DNA of 64,000 bases from Vulcanimicrobiota bacterium. Lineage in GTDB: Bacteria; Vulcanimicrobiota; Vulcanimicrobiia; Eremiobacterales; Eremiobacteraceae. The notes under the pieces were generated by a model. That model saw only the letters and a list, made by a program, of their open reading frames with translations, was not told where the DNA came from and did no database searches. This document shows positions 43,851-54,214 of this stretch, piece by piece. The stretch covers positions 512,001 to 576,000 of the forward strand of contig CAWDVP010000002.1 in NCBI GenBank assembly GCA_963805945.1. The letters run 5' to 3'. Position numbers and translations under genes: made by a program. The stretch's first letter is position 1. Every line of letters starts with the position of its first letter.

Positions 43851-46800
43851 ATGCAACGCCGGATCGTCCCTGCGCTTGTCGCGTGCGTCATCGCGCTCGG
43901 CTTCGCGAACGTCAGCCGCGCGGATGGCCCACCTTATGGGAATCTTAAATGGCGCAGCATCGGTCCCGCGATGTCCGGCGGGCGCGTGGCCGCGGTGGCG
44001 GGCACCGACGCCGATCCTTTCCTCTATTATGCGGGCGCGGCGGGCGGGAGCGTCTGGCGGTCGAACGACGCGGGCGCGAGCTGGACGGCGGCCATGCCCG
44101 ACCTGCCGGTCAATGCGATCGGCGCTCTGGCGATCGCTCCGAGCGACAAGAACACGGTGTGGGTGGGCACGGGCGAGTCCTGGGTCCGCGAAGACGCGTC
44201 GTACGGCGACGGCGTGTGGATGTCGTCCGACGGCGGCGCGCACTGGCAGCATCGCGGCCTCGAGGCGACCTCGCAGATCTCGCGCATCCTCATCGATGCG
44301 CACGATCCCAAGGTCGTGCTCGTCGGCGCGCTCGGCGATCCGTCGGCGGACAGCGATGCGCGCGGACTCTATCGCACCACCGACGGCGGCGCGACCTGGA
44401 CCAAGACGCTGCGCACCGGACCGAGCAGCGGCATCTCCGACATCGCCTGGAATCCGCAACATCCGAACATCGTCTTCGCAGGCGTGTGGCAGTTCCGGCG
44501 CCGGCCATGGGAGTTCGTGAGCGGCGGCGGCGACGGCGGCCTGTATCGCTCGCTCGACGGCGGCGTCACCTGGACGAAGCTCGAAGGCCACGGCCTGCCG
44601 ACCGGGATCACCGGCCGCATCGGCGTCGCAGTCGCGCGGGGCGATGCCAAGCGCGTCTATGCCTTGATCGAATCGCGCGAGGGAGTGCTGTGGCGCTCGG
44701 ACGACGGCGGCGACAGTTGGGTGAAGACGAGCGACGATAGGCAGATCGACCAACGGCCGTTCTATTTCAGCCGCTTGGCGGTCGACCCGCAGAACGCCGA
44801 CCATGTCATCGCGCTCTCCGAGTATCTACAGGAGAGCAAAGACGGCGGCCACACGTTCGCGCAGATCGGCAAGGACGTGCACGTCGATCATCACGATCTG
44901 TGGTGGTCGGCAGACGGCCGGCGCATGATCGAGGGCGACGACGGCGGCGTCGCGTCGTCGTTCGACGGCGGCGCTGATTGGAACTGGCCGGGCAATCTGC
45001 CGATCGGGCAGATCTATCACATCGGCTACGATCTGCGCGTGCCGTACGACGTCTGTGGCGGCTTGCAGGACAACACGACGTTCTGCGGACCGTCGAACAG
45101 TCTGGATCCCGAAGGCGTTCTCAACCGCGATTGGATGAGCGTCAACTGGGGCGATGGCGAGTCGGTGTGGCCCGACCCGCTCGACTCGTCGCTCATCTGG
45201 AACGACATCGAGAACGGCGTGCTCGGCATCTTCGACCTGCGCACGCAGCAATTCGTCGATGTCTCGCCGTACACGCGCGATATCAGCGGCACGCCGGCAG
45301 CGGGCATGCGCTATCGTTTCGCCTGGGACGCGCCGATCTCGTTCTCGCCGCAGGATCCGCGCGTCGCCTACGTCGGCGGCAACGTGCTGTTCGCGACGCG
45401 CGATCGCGGCCGGCACTGGAAACCCATCAGCCCGGATCTCACGCTCGACGACAAGACGCACCAGCAGACGTCCGGCGGTCCGATCCTCGCCGACATCTCC
45501 GGCGCCGAGTACTACGACACGATCGCGGACATCGCGCCGTCGCGCGTCCGCGCCGGCGTCATCTGGGCCGGCACGGACGACGGCCTTGTCCAGCTCACCC
45601 AAGACGGCGGCGCGCACTGGAAGAACGTGTCGGTGTCCGTTGTCGCGCCGTACGGCGCCGTGCGCACGGTCGAAGCATCGCCATGGAATGCCGGCACCGC
45701 GTTCGCCGCGATCGACCGGCATCTGCTCGGCGATCGCGCCGCGTATCTGTTCGTCACCGAGGACTTCGGCGCGCACTGGCGCTCGATCGCGGCGGGCTTG
45801 CCGGCGCAATACGCATGGTCGATCCGCCAGGACCCGCGCGATCCGTCGCTGCTGTACGCCGGCCTCGAGCAAGGGATCTGGATCTCGTTCGACCGGGGCG
45901 CATCGTGGCAGTCGCTCAAGCTCAACCTGCCCGCCGCCTCGATCCGCGACATGCGCGTCCAGCCGCAGGCCGACGATCTCATCATCGGCACGCACGGCCG
46001 CTCGCTGTTCGTCCTCGACGACCTCACGCCGCTGCAGCAGTTGGCGAAGGCGCAGTCGGCGCGCGCGTTCCTCTTCCCGTTGCGGCCGGCGTACAGCTAC
46101 TGGACGTGGACGCGCGAAGACGCCCAGAGCAACCTGCCGGCGGCCAACACGTTCGCGGGCGACAACCCTGACGTGGGCGCGCTCATCAGCTACTATCTTG
46201 CCGCGGCGGCCGCGCACCCAGTCGAGGTCGAGATCATCGACGCTCGCGGCCGGATGGTGCGCCGTTACGCGGGCACGCACGGCGTCGACGGCAAAGACAA
46301 GCCGATCGTCGCCGGCGACGCCGGTATCGATCGCTTCATCTGGAACCTCACCGCGGAGCCGCCGGTGAAACGCACGAACGCCACGGGGTCGGTGCAAGGC
46401 CCCGACGACGGCGCTTCGGTCGTGCCCGGCACATACGCCGTCGTCATGCGGGTCGACGGACGGACGTTGCGACAGCCGGTGCGCGTGCTGCCGGATCCCC
46501 GCGCGACCTGGACGCAGGCCGATTACGTCGCGCGCTACGACTTCTTCGCCGCGCTGTACAGCGAGCTTTCGCAGGTGGACACGGCGCTCAACGAGATGGA
46601 CGCGCTGCAGCCGAAGTTAGAAGCGCTGGTACCGGTGCTGAAGAGCAAGAACGCGCCGGCGGTGCTGGTCGCGCAGGCGCAGTGGTCGCAGACGAGGTTG
46701 ATCGCGATCGAGGCCGATATGACCTCGAGCCCGCACAGCCTCGACGAGACGACGCACTTCCCCGACCGGCTGCGCGAACGCATCCTGTGGCTGACCGGCA

Positions 46801-46964
46801 GCCAGCTCGCGTTCTCCCGACAGCCGCCGTTCGCGGCGCATCGCGCGGAAGCCGCGGACATGCGCAAAGAGTTCGATCGGCTCATGGGCGAGTACGCCGC
46901 GTTCAAAAGCGAGATGGCGGAGTTCGAGGCGGCGTTGAAGGCGGCGGGTTATGGGCCGATCTGA
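43851..46964 (+). CDS. Secreted BNR/VPS10-type beta-propeller protein (glycosyl hydrolase-like)
   Basis: Signal peptide, WRSIGP..SGGR and many S.DGG..W repeats. Confidence 0.85.
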   Translation: MQRRIVPALVACVIALGFANVSRADGPPYGNLKWRSIGPAMSGGRVAAVAGTDADPFLYYAGAAGGSVWRSNDAGASWTAAMPDLPVNAIGALAIAPSDKNTVWVGTGESWVREDASYGDGVWMSSDGGAHWQHRGLEATSQISRILIDAHDPKVVLVGALGDPSADSDARGLYRTTDGGATWTKTLRTGPSSGISDIAWNPQHPNIVFAGVWQFRRRPWEFVSGGGDGGLYRSLDGGVTWTKLEGHGLPTGITGRIGVAVARGDAKRVYALIESREGVLWRSDDGGDSWVKTSDDRQIDQRPFYFSRLAVDPQNADHVIALSEYLQESKDGGHTFAQIGKDVHVDHHDLWWSADGRRMIEGDDGGVASSFDGGADWNWPGNLPIGQIYHIGYDLRVPYDVCGGLQDNTTFCGPSNSLDPEGVLNRDWMSVNWGDGESVWPDPLDSSLIWNDIENGVLGIFDLRTQQFVDVSPYTRDISGTPAAGMRYRFAWDAPISFSPQDPRVAYVGGNVLFATRDRGRHWKPISPDLTLDDKTHQQTSGGPILADISGAEYYDTIADIAPSRVRAGVIWAGTDDGLVQLTQDGGAHWKNVSVSVVAPYGAVRTVEASPWNAGTAFAAIDRHLLGDRAAYLFVTEDFGAHWRSIAAGLPAQYAWSIRQDPRDPSLLYAGLEQGIWISFDRGASWQSLKLNLPAASIRDMRVQPQADDLIIGTHGRSLFVLDDLTPLQQLAKAQSARAFLFPLRPAYSYWTWTREDAQSNLPAANTFAGDNPDVGALISYYLAAAAAHPVEVEIIDARGRMVRRYAGTHGVDGKDKPIVAGDAGIDRFIWNLTAEPPVKRTNATGSVQGPDDGASVVPGTYAVVMRVDGRTLRQPVRVLPDPRATWTQADYVARYDFFAALYSELSQVDTALNEMDALQPKLEALVPVLKSKNAPAVLVAQAQWSQTRLIAIEADMTSSPHSLDETTHFPDRLRERILWLTGSQLAFSRQPPFAAHRAEAADMRKEFDRLMGEYAAFKSEMAEFEAALKAAGYGPI

Positions 46965-46967
46965 AAT

Positions 46968-46993
46968 GGGTCGACCTAAAGGTCGACCCCTAC
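46968..46993 (-). repeat. REP-like palindrome family A (compensatory variant)
   Basis: GGGTCGACCTAAAGGTCGACCCCTAC. Confidence 0.75.
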
Positions 46994-47016
46994 ATACGCT
47001 TGCTGCAGCGGCGGCG

Positions 47017-47365
47017 GTGATGGCGATGCTCGGCTGCAGCAGCGGACCGAAAACCCATCCCGTCACGCTTGCGTCGGGGCCGCCGGTGGGCGTGATCGAA
47101 GAGAAGGTATCGGATTTCGTAGACGTGCGGGGCGTGCCCCAGCAGCATCTACTCCGTTGAATATGTGAGCGTGCAGAATTTCGAGGACCAAGACGCGCTC
47201 TACAAAGAGATGCAGCAGGTGTTCACCGTGTACGAGAGCCGCGTCGACCAGGGCGGCTTCAAGAAGTTCAACCTCACCCCGATGAAGCGAGACGCCGGCG
47301 GCAGCTGGGAAGAGCGTCCGTTCTATCTGGAGCGGCGGCCGGACGGCCGATGGAACGTCTTATGA
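47017..47365 (+). CDS. Small putative lipoprotein (frameshift at about 47150; start uncertain)
   Basis: MLGCSS lipobox-like sequence; coding bias in two consecutive frames. Confidence 0.45.
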
Positions 47366-48534
47366 CGTTGCCGCTGACGCCCCACGTCGCGCAGCTCGTC
47401 GACGCGCTCTACCCGCCGGCGCGCCAGGCGCTCGCCTATGAGGTCGCCGCAATCGGGCGGCGCGTGTTCTGGATCGGCGCCGCGCTGCAGCTCGCCGCCT
47501 TGCTCGCGATCTACTACAGCGGCGCGGCGACCGCGCTGCGCGCGTGGCTCGAGCGGCGCATCCCGCGGCCGTTCTGGGCGGCGTGCGCGCTCATCGTCAT
47601 CATCGGATGCGCTGTGGCGCTGATCATGCTGCCGCTCACTTGGTACGACAGCTACACCATTGCGCATCGCTACGACCTGAGCCGCGAATCGCCGGCGCTG
47701 TGGTTCCATGACTGGGCGGTCGCGCTCGCGCTCGGCGTGGGCATCAGCGCGCTCGGCGGCGCGTGGTTCTTCCGGGTGGTGGCGCACTGGCCGCGCGCAT
47801 GGCCGCTCGTCGCCGGTCTCTTCGCCGCGCCGATCGTGCTCGTCGCCTCGGTGCTGCTGCCCGTCGTCATTGAGCCGCTGTTCAATCAATACACGCCGCT
47901 GCCGCAGTCGGCGCTCACCGCGTCGATCCTCGAGCTCGCGGCCGCGCACGGCGTCAAGGCCGCGTCGGTCTACGAGTTCGACCTCAGCAAGCAGTCGACG
48001 TCGGCCAACGCATTCGTGTCGGGCATCGGCGGCACCGACCGCATCGCGCTCTCGGACAACCTGCTCTCGTCGTTCAAGTCCGACGAGATCCTCTACGTCA
48101 CGGCGCACGAGCTCGGGCACTACGTGCATCGCGATCTGTGGCGCGGTGCGCTCTACTCATGGCTCGGCGCGCTCGCGGCGATCGCCTTCCTCTGGTTCCT
48201 GGGCGGTGCCCTTATCATCGCGAGCCCGACGCGCGCGTCGGGCATGAGCGATCCAGCGGCGGCGCCGCTGCTCATGGCGCTGCTGCTCGTCTTCGCACTG
48301 CTCACGCAGCCGGTCGCCAATGCGCTGTCGCGCCAGATCGAGCACAACGCCGACGTCTTCGCCGCCGCCAACACGCATCTCGGCGAAGCGGGCGTGCGAG
48401 CCTTCGCCCGGCTGGGCTCGCAAGGCTTGAGCAGCATGCACCCCGATCCGCTCGTCGTGTGGTATTTCTACACCCACCCCCCGCTCGACGAGCGCATATG
48501 GTACGCCGCCCATGAGGCCGGCCTGTCGGAGTAG
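47362..48534 (+). CDS. M48 (Ste24-like) membrane zinc peptidase
   Basis: PLFN, NAFVSG, HELGH, E..AD and THPP..ERI. Confidence 0.9.
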   Translation: MTLPLTPHVAQLVDALYPPARQALAYEVAAIGRRVFWIGAALQLAALLAIYYSGAATALRAWLERRIPRPFWAACALIVIIGCAVALIMLPLTWYDSYTIAHRYDLSRESPALWFHDWAVALALGVGISALGGAWFFRVVAHWPRAWPLVAGLFAAPIVLVASVLLPVVIEPLFNQYTPLPQSALTASILELAAAHGVKAASVYEFDLSKQSTSANAFVSGIGGTDRIALSDNLLSSFKSDEILYVTAHELGHYVHRDLWRGALYSWLGALAAIAFLWFLGGALIIASPTRASGMSDPAAAPLLMALLLVFALLTQPVANALSRQIEHNADVFAAANTHLGEAGVRAFARLGSQGLSSMHPDPLVVWYFYTHPPLDERIWYAAHEAGLSE

Positions 48535-48579
48535 GAGTTCGCGCGCCGGGACCTAACCGTAGGATTCCGCGGCTTCGCT

Positions 48580-49878
48580 ATGGCTCGCGGCCTTGGTCAA
48601 TCGGAGGTTTACAGTATCGTGCGCTTCGCAAACGGTCGCTCTCGTCGTCTCCTGCTGGTCGTCGCCGGTTTCGCCGGCGCCGCGGTGCTCACCGCAGCGG
48701 GCGCTGCGAACCTCGCCCAGCAGGCGAAAGCCGACGACGTCACCATCATCACGTTCGGTGCGCCGCTCTCGCTGACCGGCCGCGACGCGCGCGAAGGCGC
48801 GCTCACCAAAGAAGGCTACGACTTCTGGAAGGACTACGTCAACTCGCAGGGCGGCATCAAGGTCGCCGGCGTGCTGCACAAGGTCGACATCAAGTACTAC
48901 GACGACGGCAGCGATTCGGCGACGTCGGCGAAGCTCGTCGAACGGCTCGTCACGCAGGACAACGTCAAGTTCATCCTCGCGCCGTACGGGTCGTCGGCGA
49001 CCTATGCCGCGAGCGCCATCACCGAGAAGTACCAGGTGCCGATGGTGGATCCGAACGGCGCGGCGGAGAAGATCTTCAGCCGCGGCTTCAAGTACACGTT
49101 CGCCATCCTCAGCCCCGCCAAGATGTACCTCCAGGGGATCCTCGAGCTCGCGCTGACGATGCATCCGAAGGCGGCGTCGCTCGCCATGCTCGCGGCGAAC
49201 GACCAGTTCTCGATCGAGGTCGCGGACGGCGCGCGCGCCTTCGCGAAGGCGAACGGCATCAACGAGGTGTTCTATTCCGAGTATCCGCCGGACACCAAAG
49301 ACGTGGCGACGCTGCTCACGCAGGTGAAGGCGAAGAACCCCGACATCATCTTGGGCTCGGGCCACCTCCAAGACTCTTTGCTCATCATGCGCGCGGCCAA
49401 GGATCAGAACGTCAGCTCGAAGATCATCGGCTTCTCGGTCGGGCCGTCGACGCCGGACTTCATCACCAGCCTCGGCAACGACGCCAACGACGTCATGGGC
49501 GGCGCGCAGTGGACCACCGCGCTCAACTACACCGATCCGTTGTGGGGCGACGCGCAGCGCTACACGCGCCTCTTCCAGGCGAAGTACCACCATCTGCCTG
49601 ACTATCACAACGCCGAATCAACGGCGGCGTGCGAGGCGTTCCAGCAGGCGCTGCTCAAAGCCGGCGCGATCGATGCGGGCAAAGTGCGCGACGCGCTCGC
49701 GTCGCTCGACATCGACACGTTCTACGGCAAGATCAAATTCGACAGCCGCGGCGTCAACATCTATAAGCCGATGGCGGTCGAGCAGATCCAAAAGGGCGAG
49801 CACGTGACCGTGTGGCCGGCGGACGCCGCCAACGCCAAGCCGGTGTATCCGCTGCCGCCGTGGGGCAAGCGGCAGTAG
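48580..49878 (+). CDS. LivJ/K-type ABC substrate-binding protein
   Basis: Signal peptide, LSLTG, VN.QGGI and YDD.SD. Confidence 0.9.
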   Translation: MARGLGQSEVYSIVRFANGRSRRLLLVVAGFAGAAVLTAAGAANLAQQAKADDVTIITFGAPLSLTGRDAREGALTKEGYDFWKDYVNSQGGIKVAGVLHKVDIKYYDDGSDSATSAKLVERLVTQDNVKFILAPYGSSATYAASAITEKYQVPMVDPNGAAEKIFSRGFKYTFAILSPAKMYLQGILELALTMHPKAASLAMLAANDQFSIEVADGARAFAKANGINEVFYSEYPPDTKDVATLLTQVKAKNPDIILGSGHLQDSLLIMRAAKDQNVSSKIIGFSVGPSTPDFITSLGNDANDVMGGAQWTTALNYTDPLWGDAQRYTRLFQAKYHHLPDYHNAESTAACEAFQQALLKAGAIDAGKVRDALASLDIDTFYGKIKFDSRGVNIYKPMAVEQIQKGEHVTVWPADAANAKPVYPLPPWGKRQ

Positions 49879-49879
49879 C

Positions 49880-50755
49880 GGCAGCGCCACGCTCTACCTC
49901 CAAGTCCTGATCAACGGGCTGCTCGTCGGCGGCATCTACGCCGCCGGAGCGCTCGGTTTTTCCCTCGTCTGGGGCATCATGAACGTGATCAACATCGCGC
50001 ATGGCGCCTTCATCATGCTCGGCGCGTACGCGTCGTACTGGCTGTTCGTGGGCGCGCTGCACCTCGATCCGTTCCTCTCCATACCGCTCTCGATGGCGGT
50101 CATGTTCGTCCTGGCGTACGTGCTGCAGCGCGTGCTCGTGAACCAGGTCATCCGCGCGCCGATGCTCGCGACGTTCCTGCTCACCTTCGGCATCTCGATC
50201 ATGATCGCCAATCTCGCACAGGTGTACTGGTCGTCGGACATCCGCTCGGTGACGACCACCTACTCCGGCTCGAGCTTCGCGCTCGGCAGCCTCACCGTGC
50301 CGTGGGTACGATTGGCGACGCTCGGGATCGCAGTGGCGCTCACCTTCGCGCTGCAGATGTTCATGACGCGCACGAAGACCGGGCGCGCGATCCGCGCGAC
50401 GAGCATGGACGTCGACGCGGCGCGGCTGTCGGGCGTGGATGTCGCGGGCATCTACGCGCTCACCTTCGGCATCGGCGGCGCGCTGGCGGCCGCGGCGGGG
50501 TCGCTGGTGAGCGTGTCGTATGCGATCACCCCGAGCATGGGCGACTCGTTCGTGGTGCGCGCGTTCGTCGTGTCGATCCTCGGCGGCTTGGGCAACGTCA
50601 CGGGTGCGCTCGTCGGCGGGCTGGTGTACGGGGTCATCGAGTCGTTCGGCGCGCTCGTCTTCGGCGAAGGCTATAAGGATGTCGTCGCGCTCGTCGTGCT
50701 GCTGCTCGTGGTGCTCTTCCGGCCGTACGGCCTCGTGGGCAAGGCCACCGCCTGA
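49880..50755 (+). CDS. LivH-type ABC permease (start codon not resolved)
   Basis: LINGLLVGGIY, NIAHG, GRAIRA and ILGGLG. Confidence 0.9.
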   Translation, partial: GSATLYLQVLINGLLVGGIYAAGALGFSLVWGIMNVINIAHGAFIMLGAYASYWLFVGALHLDPFLSIPLSMAVMFVLAYVLQRVLVNQVIRAPMLATFLLTFGISIMIANLAQVYWSSDIRSVTTTYSGSSFALGSLTVPWVRLATLGIAVALTFALQMFMTRTKTGRAIRATSMDVDAARLSGVDVAGIYALTFGIGGALAAAAGSLVSVSYAITPSMGDSFVVRAFVVSILGGLGNVTGALVGGLVYGVIESFGALVFGEGYKDVVALVVLLLVVLFRPYGLVGKATA

Positions 50756-51714
50756 TGAACGCCGGCCGGACGGTGACGTTCGTCGTCCTGGCCGTGCTCG
50801 TGCTGGCCGCGTTCCTGCCGCCGCATCTCAACGGCAACTGGGTGCACGTGTTCACCCTGTTCTTCATGATGGCGATCCTCGCACAGGCCTGGAACCTGAT
50901 CGGCGGTTACGCGGGGTATGCGAGTTTCGGCAATGTGGCGTTCTTCGGCGTCGGCGCCTATACGTGCGCGTATGCGATGACCGAACGCGCGCTGCCGTTC
51001 TGGGCGGCGTTCGCGCTCGCCGCGGTCATCGCGGCGCTGTTCGCGGTCGCGCTGGGGACGCCCATCCTGCGCCTCAAGGGCCACTACTTCGCCATCGCCA
51101 CGTTGAGCATCGCCATCGGCACGCAAGCGCTCGTCGCGGAACTGCCGCCGCTGGGCAAGGGCAGCGGCATGACCCTGCCGATCAACAGCAATTTCCATCT
51201 CTTCTACTGGACGATGCTCGGCGTGCTCGTCGCGAGCATCGTGCTCACCGCGCTCATCGCGCGCGCGCGTTTCGGCTACGCGCTCGTCGCCATCCGCGAG
51301 AACGAAGAAGCGGCCGCGATGCTCGGGATCAACACCGCGCGCATGAAGGTGGCGGCCTGGGCGGTATCCGCGGCGCTCACCGGTATGGCCGGCGCGACCT
51401 TCGCCTACTGGACGAGCTTCATCGATCCACCCACCGTCTTCGACCTGAACTTCAACGTGCTCATGATCATCATGGCGCTGCTCGGCGGCGCGGGCTCCGT
51501 GGCCGGACCGACCATCGGCGCCTTCATCATCAGCGGCATCGGCGAGTATCTCGGCGCGCAGTCCGTATCACCATGGCACACCGTCATCCTCGGCGCCATC
51601 ATCGTCTTCGTGGTCATCGTCTTGCCGCGCGGTGTGATGCCGTATCTCACCGGCGGACCGCGCGCGTGGAATCTGGCCGCGATACGCGCGCAGATGCGGG
51701 TGAGCCGCGTATGA
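50755..51714 (+). CDS. LivM-type ABC permease
   Basis: WNLIGGYAG..SFG, LRLKGHYFAIAT and IRENEEAA. Confidence 0.9.
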   Translation: MNAGRTVTFVVLAVLVLAAFLPPHLNGNWVHVFTLFFMMAILAQAWNLIGGYAGYASFGNVAFFGVGAYTCAYAMTERALPFWAAFALAAVIAALFAVALGTPILRLKGHYFAIATLSIAIGTQALVAELPPLGKGSGMTLPINSNFHLFYWTMLGVLVASIVLTALIARARFGYALVAIRENEEAAAMLGINTARMKVAAWAVSAALTGMAGATFAYWTSFIDPPTVFDLNFNVLMIIMALLGGAGSVAGPTIGAFIISGIGEYLGAQSVSPWHTVILGAIIVFVVIVLPRGVMPYLTGGPRAWNLAAIRAQMRVSRV

Positions 51715-52508
51715 GCGGCGTGAGCGGCGCGAGCGCTGTCGGCGCGGCGCCTGTGTCCAGCGACGCGGCGATCGTCGCCACCGATATCGTCGTGCGCTTC
51801 GGCGGCCTCGTCGCGCTCGACGGCGTGACGCTGCGCGTCGCGCGCGGCGAGATCGTCGGGCTCATCGGTCCGAACGGCGCCGGCAAGACGACGCTGTTGT
51901 CCGTCATCTCGGGCACGCAGCGCCCGACCGCCGGCTCCGTGGCGGTGAACGGGCGCGACATCAGTGACGTGCCGACATTCCGGATCGTGCGGCTCGGCCT
52001 CGCGCGCACCTTCCAGGTCGTCAAACCGTTCGCGCATCTCACGGTGCGCGAGAACGTCGCCGTCGGTGCGCTGTTCGGACGCCACGGCGTCAGCCGGCCG
52101 GCTGCGCAGGCGTTCGCGGCCGCCGACGCCGTGCTCGAACGGGTCGGGCTGGCGAGCGAGGCGCGCCGGCAAGCATCGGAGCTCACGCTGGCCGGGCGCA
52201 AGCGCCTAGAGATCGCGAAGGCTCTTGCGACCGATCCCGAGATCCTGCTGCTCGATGAGGTCATGGCCGGCTTGACGCCGCACGAGACCGATCAGGCGAT
52301 GGGGTTGTTGCGCGAAGTGAACGCATCTGGCGTGACGCTGGTGGTGGTCGAGCACGTCATGAAGGCCATCATGGGTCTGTCGCAGCGCGTCGTCGTCCTG
52401 CACCAGGGCAGGATCATCGCGCAGGGGATGCCCGCCGCGGTGGTCGCCGATCCGCACGTCATCGAGGCCTACCTCGGTGCGCGCTATGAGGGCGCACGCG
52501 ATGCTTAA
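51711..52508 (+). CDS. LivG-type ABC ATPase
   Basis: FGGL.AL, GPNGAGKTT, RTFQ and LLDE. Confidence 0.9.
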   Translation: MSGVSGASAVGAAPVSSDAAIVATDIVVRFGGLVALDGVTLRVARGEIVGLIGPNGAGKTTLLSVISGTQRPTAGSVAVNGRDISDVPTFRIVRLGLARTFQVVKPFAHLTVRENVAVGALFGRHGVSRPAAQAFAAADAVLERVGLASEARRQASELTLAGRKRLEIAKALATDPEILLLDEVMAGLTPHETDQAMGLLREVNASGVTLVVVEHVMKAIMGLSQRVVVLHQGRIIAQGMPAAVVADPHVIEAYLGARYEGARDA

Positions 52509-53202
52509 GGTCGCCGGCCTCGACGCCGGCTATGGCGAGGCGCAGGTGCTGTGGGATCTCTCGCTTGAGGTGGGGCGCGGCGAGATCGTCGCGCTCGTCG
52601 GCGCGAACGGCGCAGGCAAGAGCACGCTGCTCGCGACGATCTCCGGACTGATCGCACCGATGCGCGGCACGATCGATTTTCAGGGCACCGATATCGCCGG
52701 CTGGCGCGCGGAGCGGATCGTCGCAGCCGGCATCAGCCACGTGCCGCAAGGCCGGCGTCTGTTCGGCGGGCTCACGGTCACCGAGAACCTCCTCATGGGC
52801 GCGTTCCATCGGCACGACGACGGCGTCGCCGCCGATATCGACAAGATCTTCAACCAGTTCCCGCGACTGCGCGAGCGGGCCGAGCAGTTGGCGGGCACGC
52901 TCTCCGGCGGCGAGCAGCAGATGTGCGCGATCGGCCGCGGGCTCATGGCGCGCCCCGCGCTGCTGCTGGTCGACGAGCTCTCGCTGGGTCTGGCGCCTAT
53001 CATCGTCGAGCAGCTGCTCGCCGTGCTTGCCGGCTTGCGCAACGACGGGGTCACCATTTTGCTCGTCGAGCAAGACGTGCGCGTCGCGCTCGAGACCGCC
53101 GACCGGGGCTACGTGATCGAGAACGGCCGGGTGGGCCTCTCAGGCTCCGCGCGCGAGATCCTCGCCAACCCTCACATCAAGACGGCCTACCTCGGCATCT
53201 AG
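52501..53202 (+). CDS. LivF-type ABC ATPase
   Basis: GANGAGKS, LSGGEQQM and SLGLAP. Confidence 0.9.
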   Translation: MLKVAGLDAGYGEAQVLWDLSLEVGRGEIVALVGANGAGKSTLLATISGLIAPMRGTIDFQGTDIAGWRAERIVAAGISHVPQGRRLFGGLTVTENLLMGAFHRHDDGVAADIDKIFNQFPRLRERAEQLAGTLSGGEQQMCAIGRGLMARPALLLVDELSLGLAPIIVEQLLAVLAGLRNDGVTILLVEQDVRVALETADRGYVIENGRVGLSGSAREILANPHIKTAYLGI

Positions 53203-53322
53203 CTCCGACCGTTTATCGGGACGGCGGCTTGACCTGATTCCGCCGGAGTGCTAGGCTATTTCCACGATTCAAAAGTTTGGGGTCCCGCGACCTCGCTCGC
53301 GAGGCCCTCTGGAGCGTTGGGG

Positions 53323-54141
53323 ATGGCCAATCCGGGCCAGAATGTCGAAGAGCCGCCCCGCCGGGAGCGGGCAGGAGTCCAGTCCGTCGAGCGGACGCTG
53401 GACATCCTCGAGTCGCTCGTCGACTTCGATTCCGAGGTCGGGCTCGTCGAGATCAGCCAGGCGGTCGTGCTGCCCCTGGCCACCGTCCACCGCCTGTTGG
53501 GGACGCTGATCCGCCGCGGCTACGTCAAGCAGAACCGTCAAAACCGCAAATATTCGCTCGGCTTCCGCGCCCTGCAGATGGGCAACGACATGCGCCAGCG
53601 CTTCAGCTTGCGGCTGGAAGCGCGGCCGTTCCTCCACCGTCTGATGATGAGCACCGGCGAAAGCGCCAATCTGGCGGTTTTAGATGACGGCGAAGTGGTA
53701 TATATAGACCAAGCCCAATCGTCGAAGATCCTACGCATGTTCACACAACTCGGAAATCGGATGCCGGCGCATTCGACCGGCAGCGGCAAGGTGATGTTGG
53801 CGTTCGCCGCGGCGGAAGCCGCCGAGGGCGTGCTGCGCCGCTACGGCATGCCGAGCCGGACGCCGCGCACGATCACCGATGCGGCGCGCTTCCGCGACGA
53901 GCTCTCGCGCATCCGCGTGCAGGGCTACGCGCTCGACGATGAAGAGCATGAAGTGGGCGTCCGCTGTCTGGCGGTGCCGGTGCGCGACGGATCGAGCCAG
54001 GTGGTGGCGAGTCTGAGCGTGTCCGGTCCGGTGACCCGGCTCGGCGACGATCAGATCCACAATTTCACCGCCGAAATCGTCGAGTGCGGCAAGCAGCTGT
54101 CGTCGCGGCTCGGCTTCGTCGACGCGGTCACCGCACACTAG
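53323..54141 (+). CDS. IclR-family transcriptional regulator
   Basis: QSVERTLDIL HTH, STGSGK, GYALD.EE and AVP. Confidence 0.95.
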   Translation: MANPGQNVEEPPRRERAGVQSVERTLDILESLVDFDSEVGLVEISQAVVLPLATVHRLLGTLIRRGYVKQNRQNRKYSLGFRALQMGNDMRQRFSLRLEARPFLHRLMMSTGESANLAVLDDGEVVYIDQAQSSKILRMFTQLGNRMPAHSTGSGKVMLAFAAAEAAEGVLRRYGMPSRTPRTITDAARFRDELSRIRVQGYALDDEEHEVGVRCLAVPVRDGSSQVVASLSVSGPVTRLGDDQIHNFTAEIVECGKQLSSRLGFVDAVTAH

Positions 54142-54214
54142 GAGGTCCCTCATTCCCGAAGATCCAGCACGTCTGTCGCACCTGCATGGCGCGCATGACA
54201 CCCCGCCCGACAGC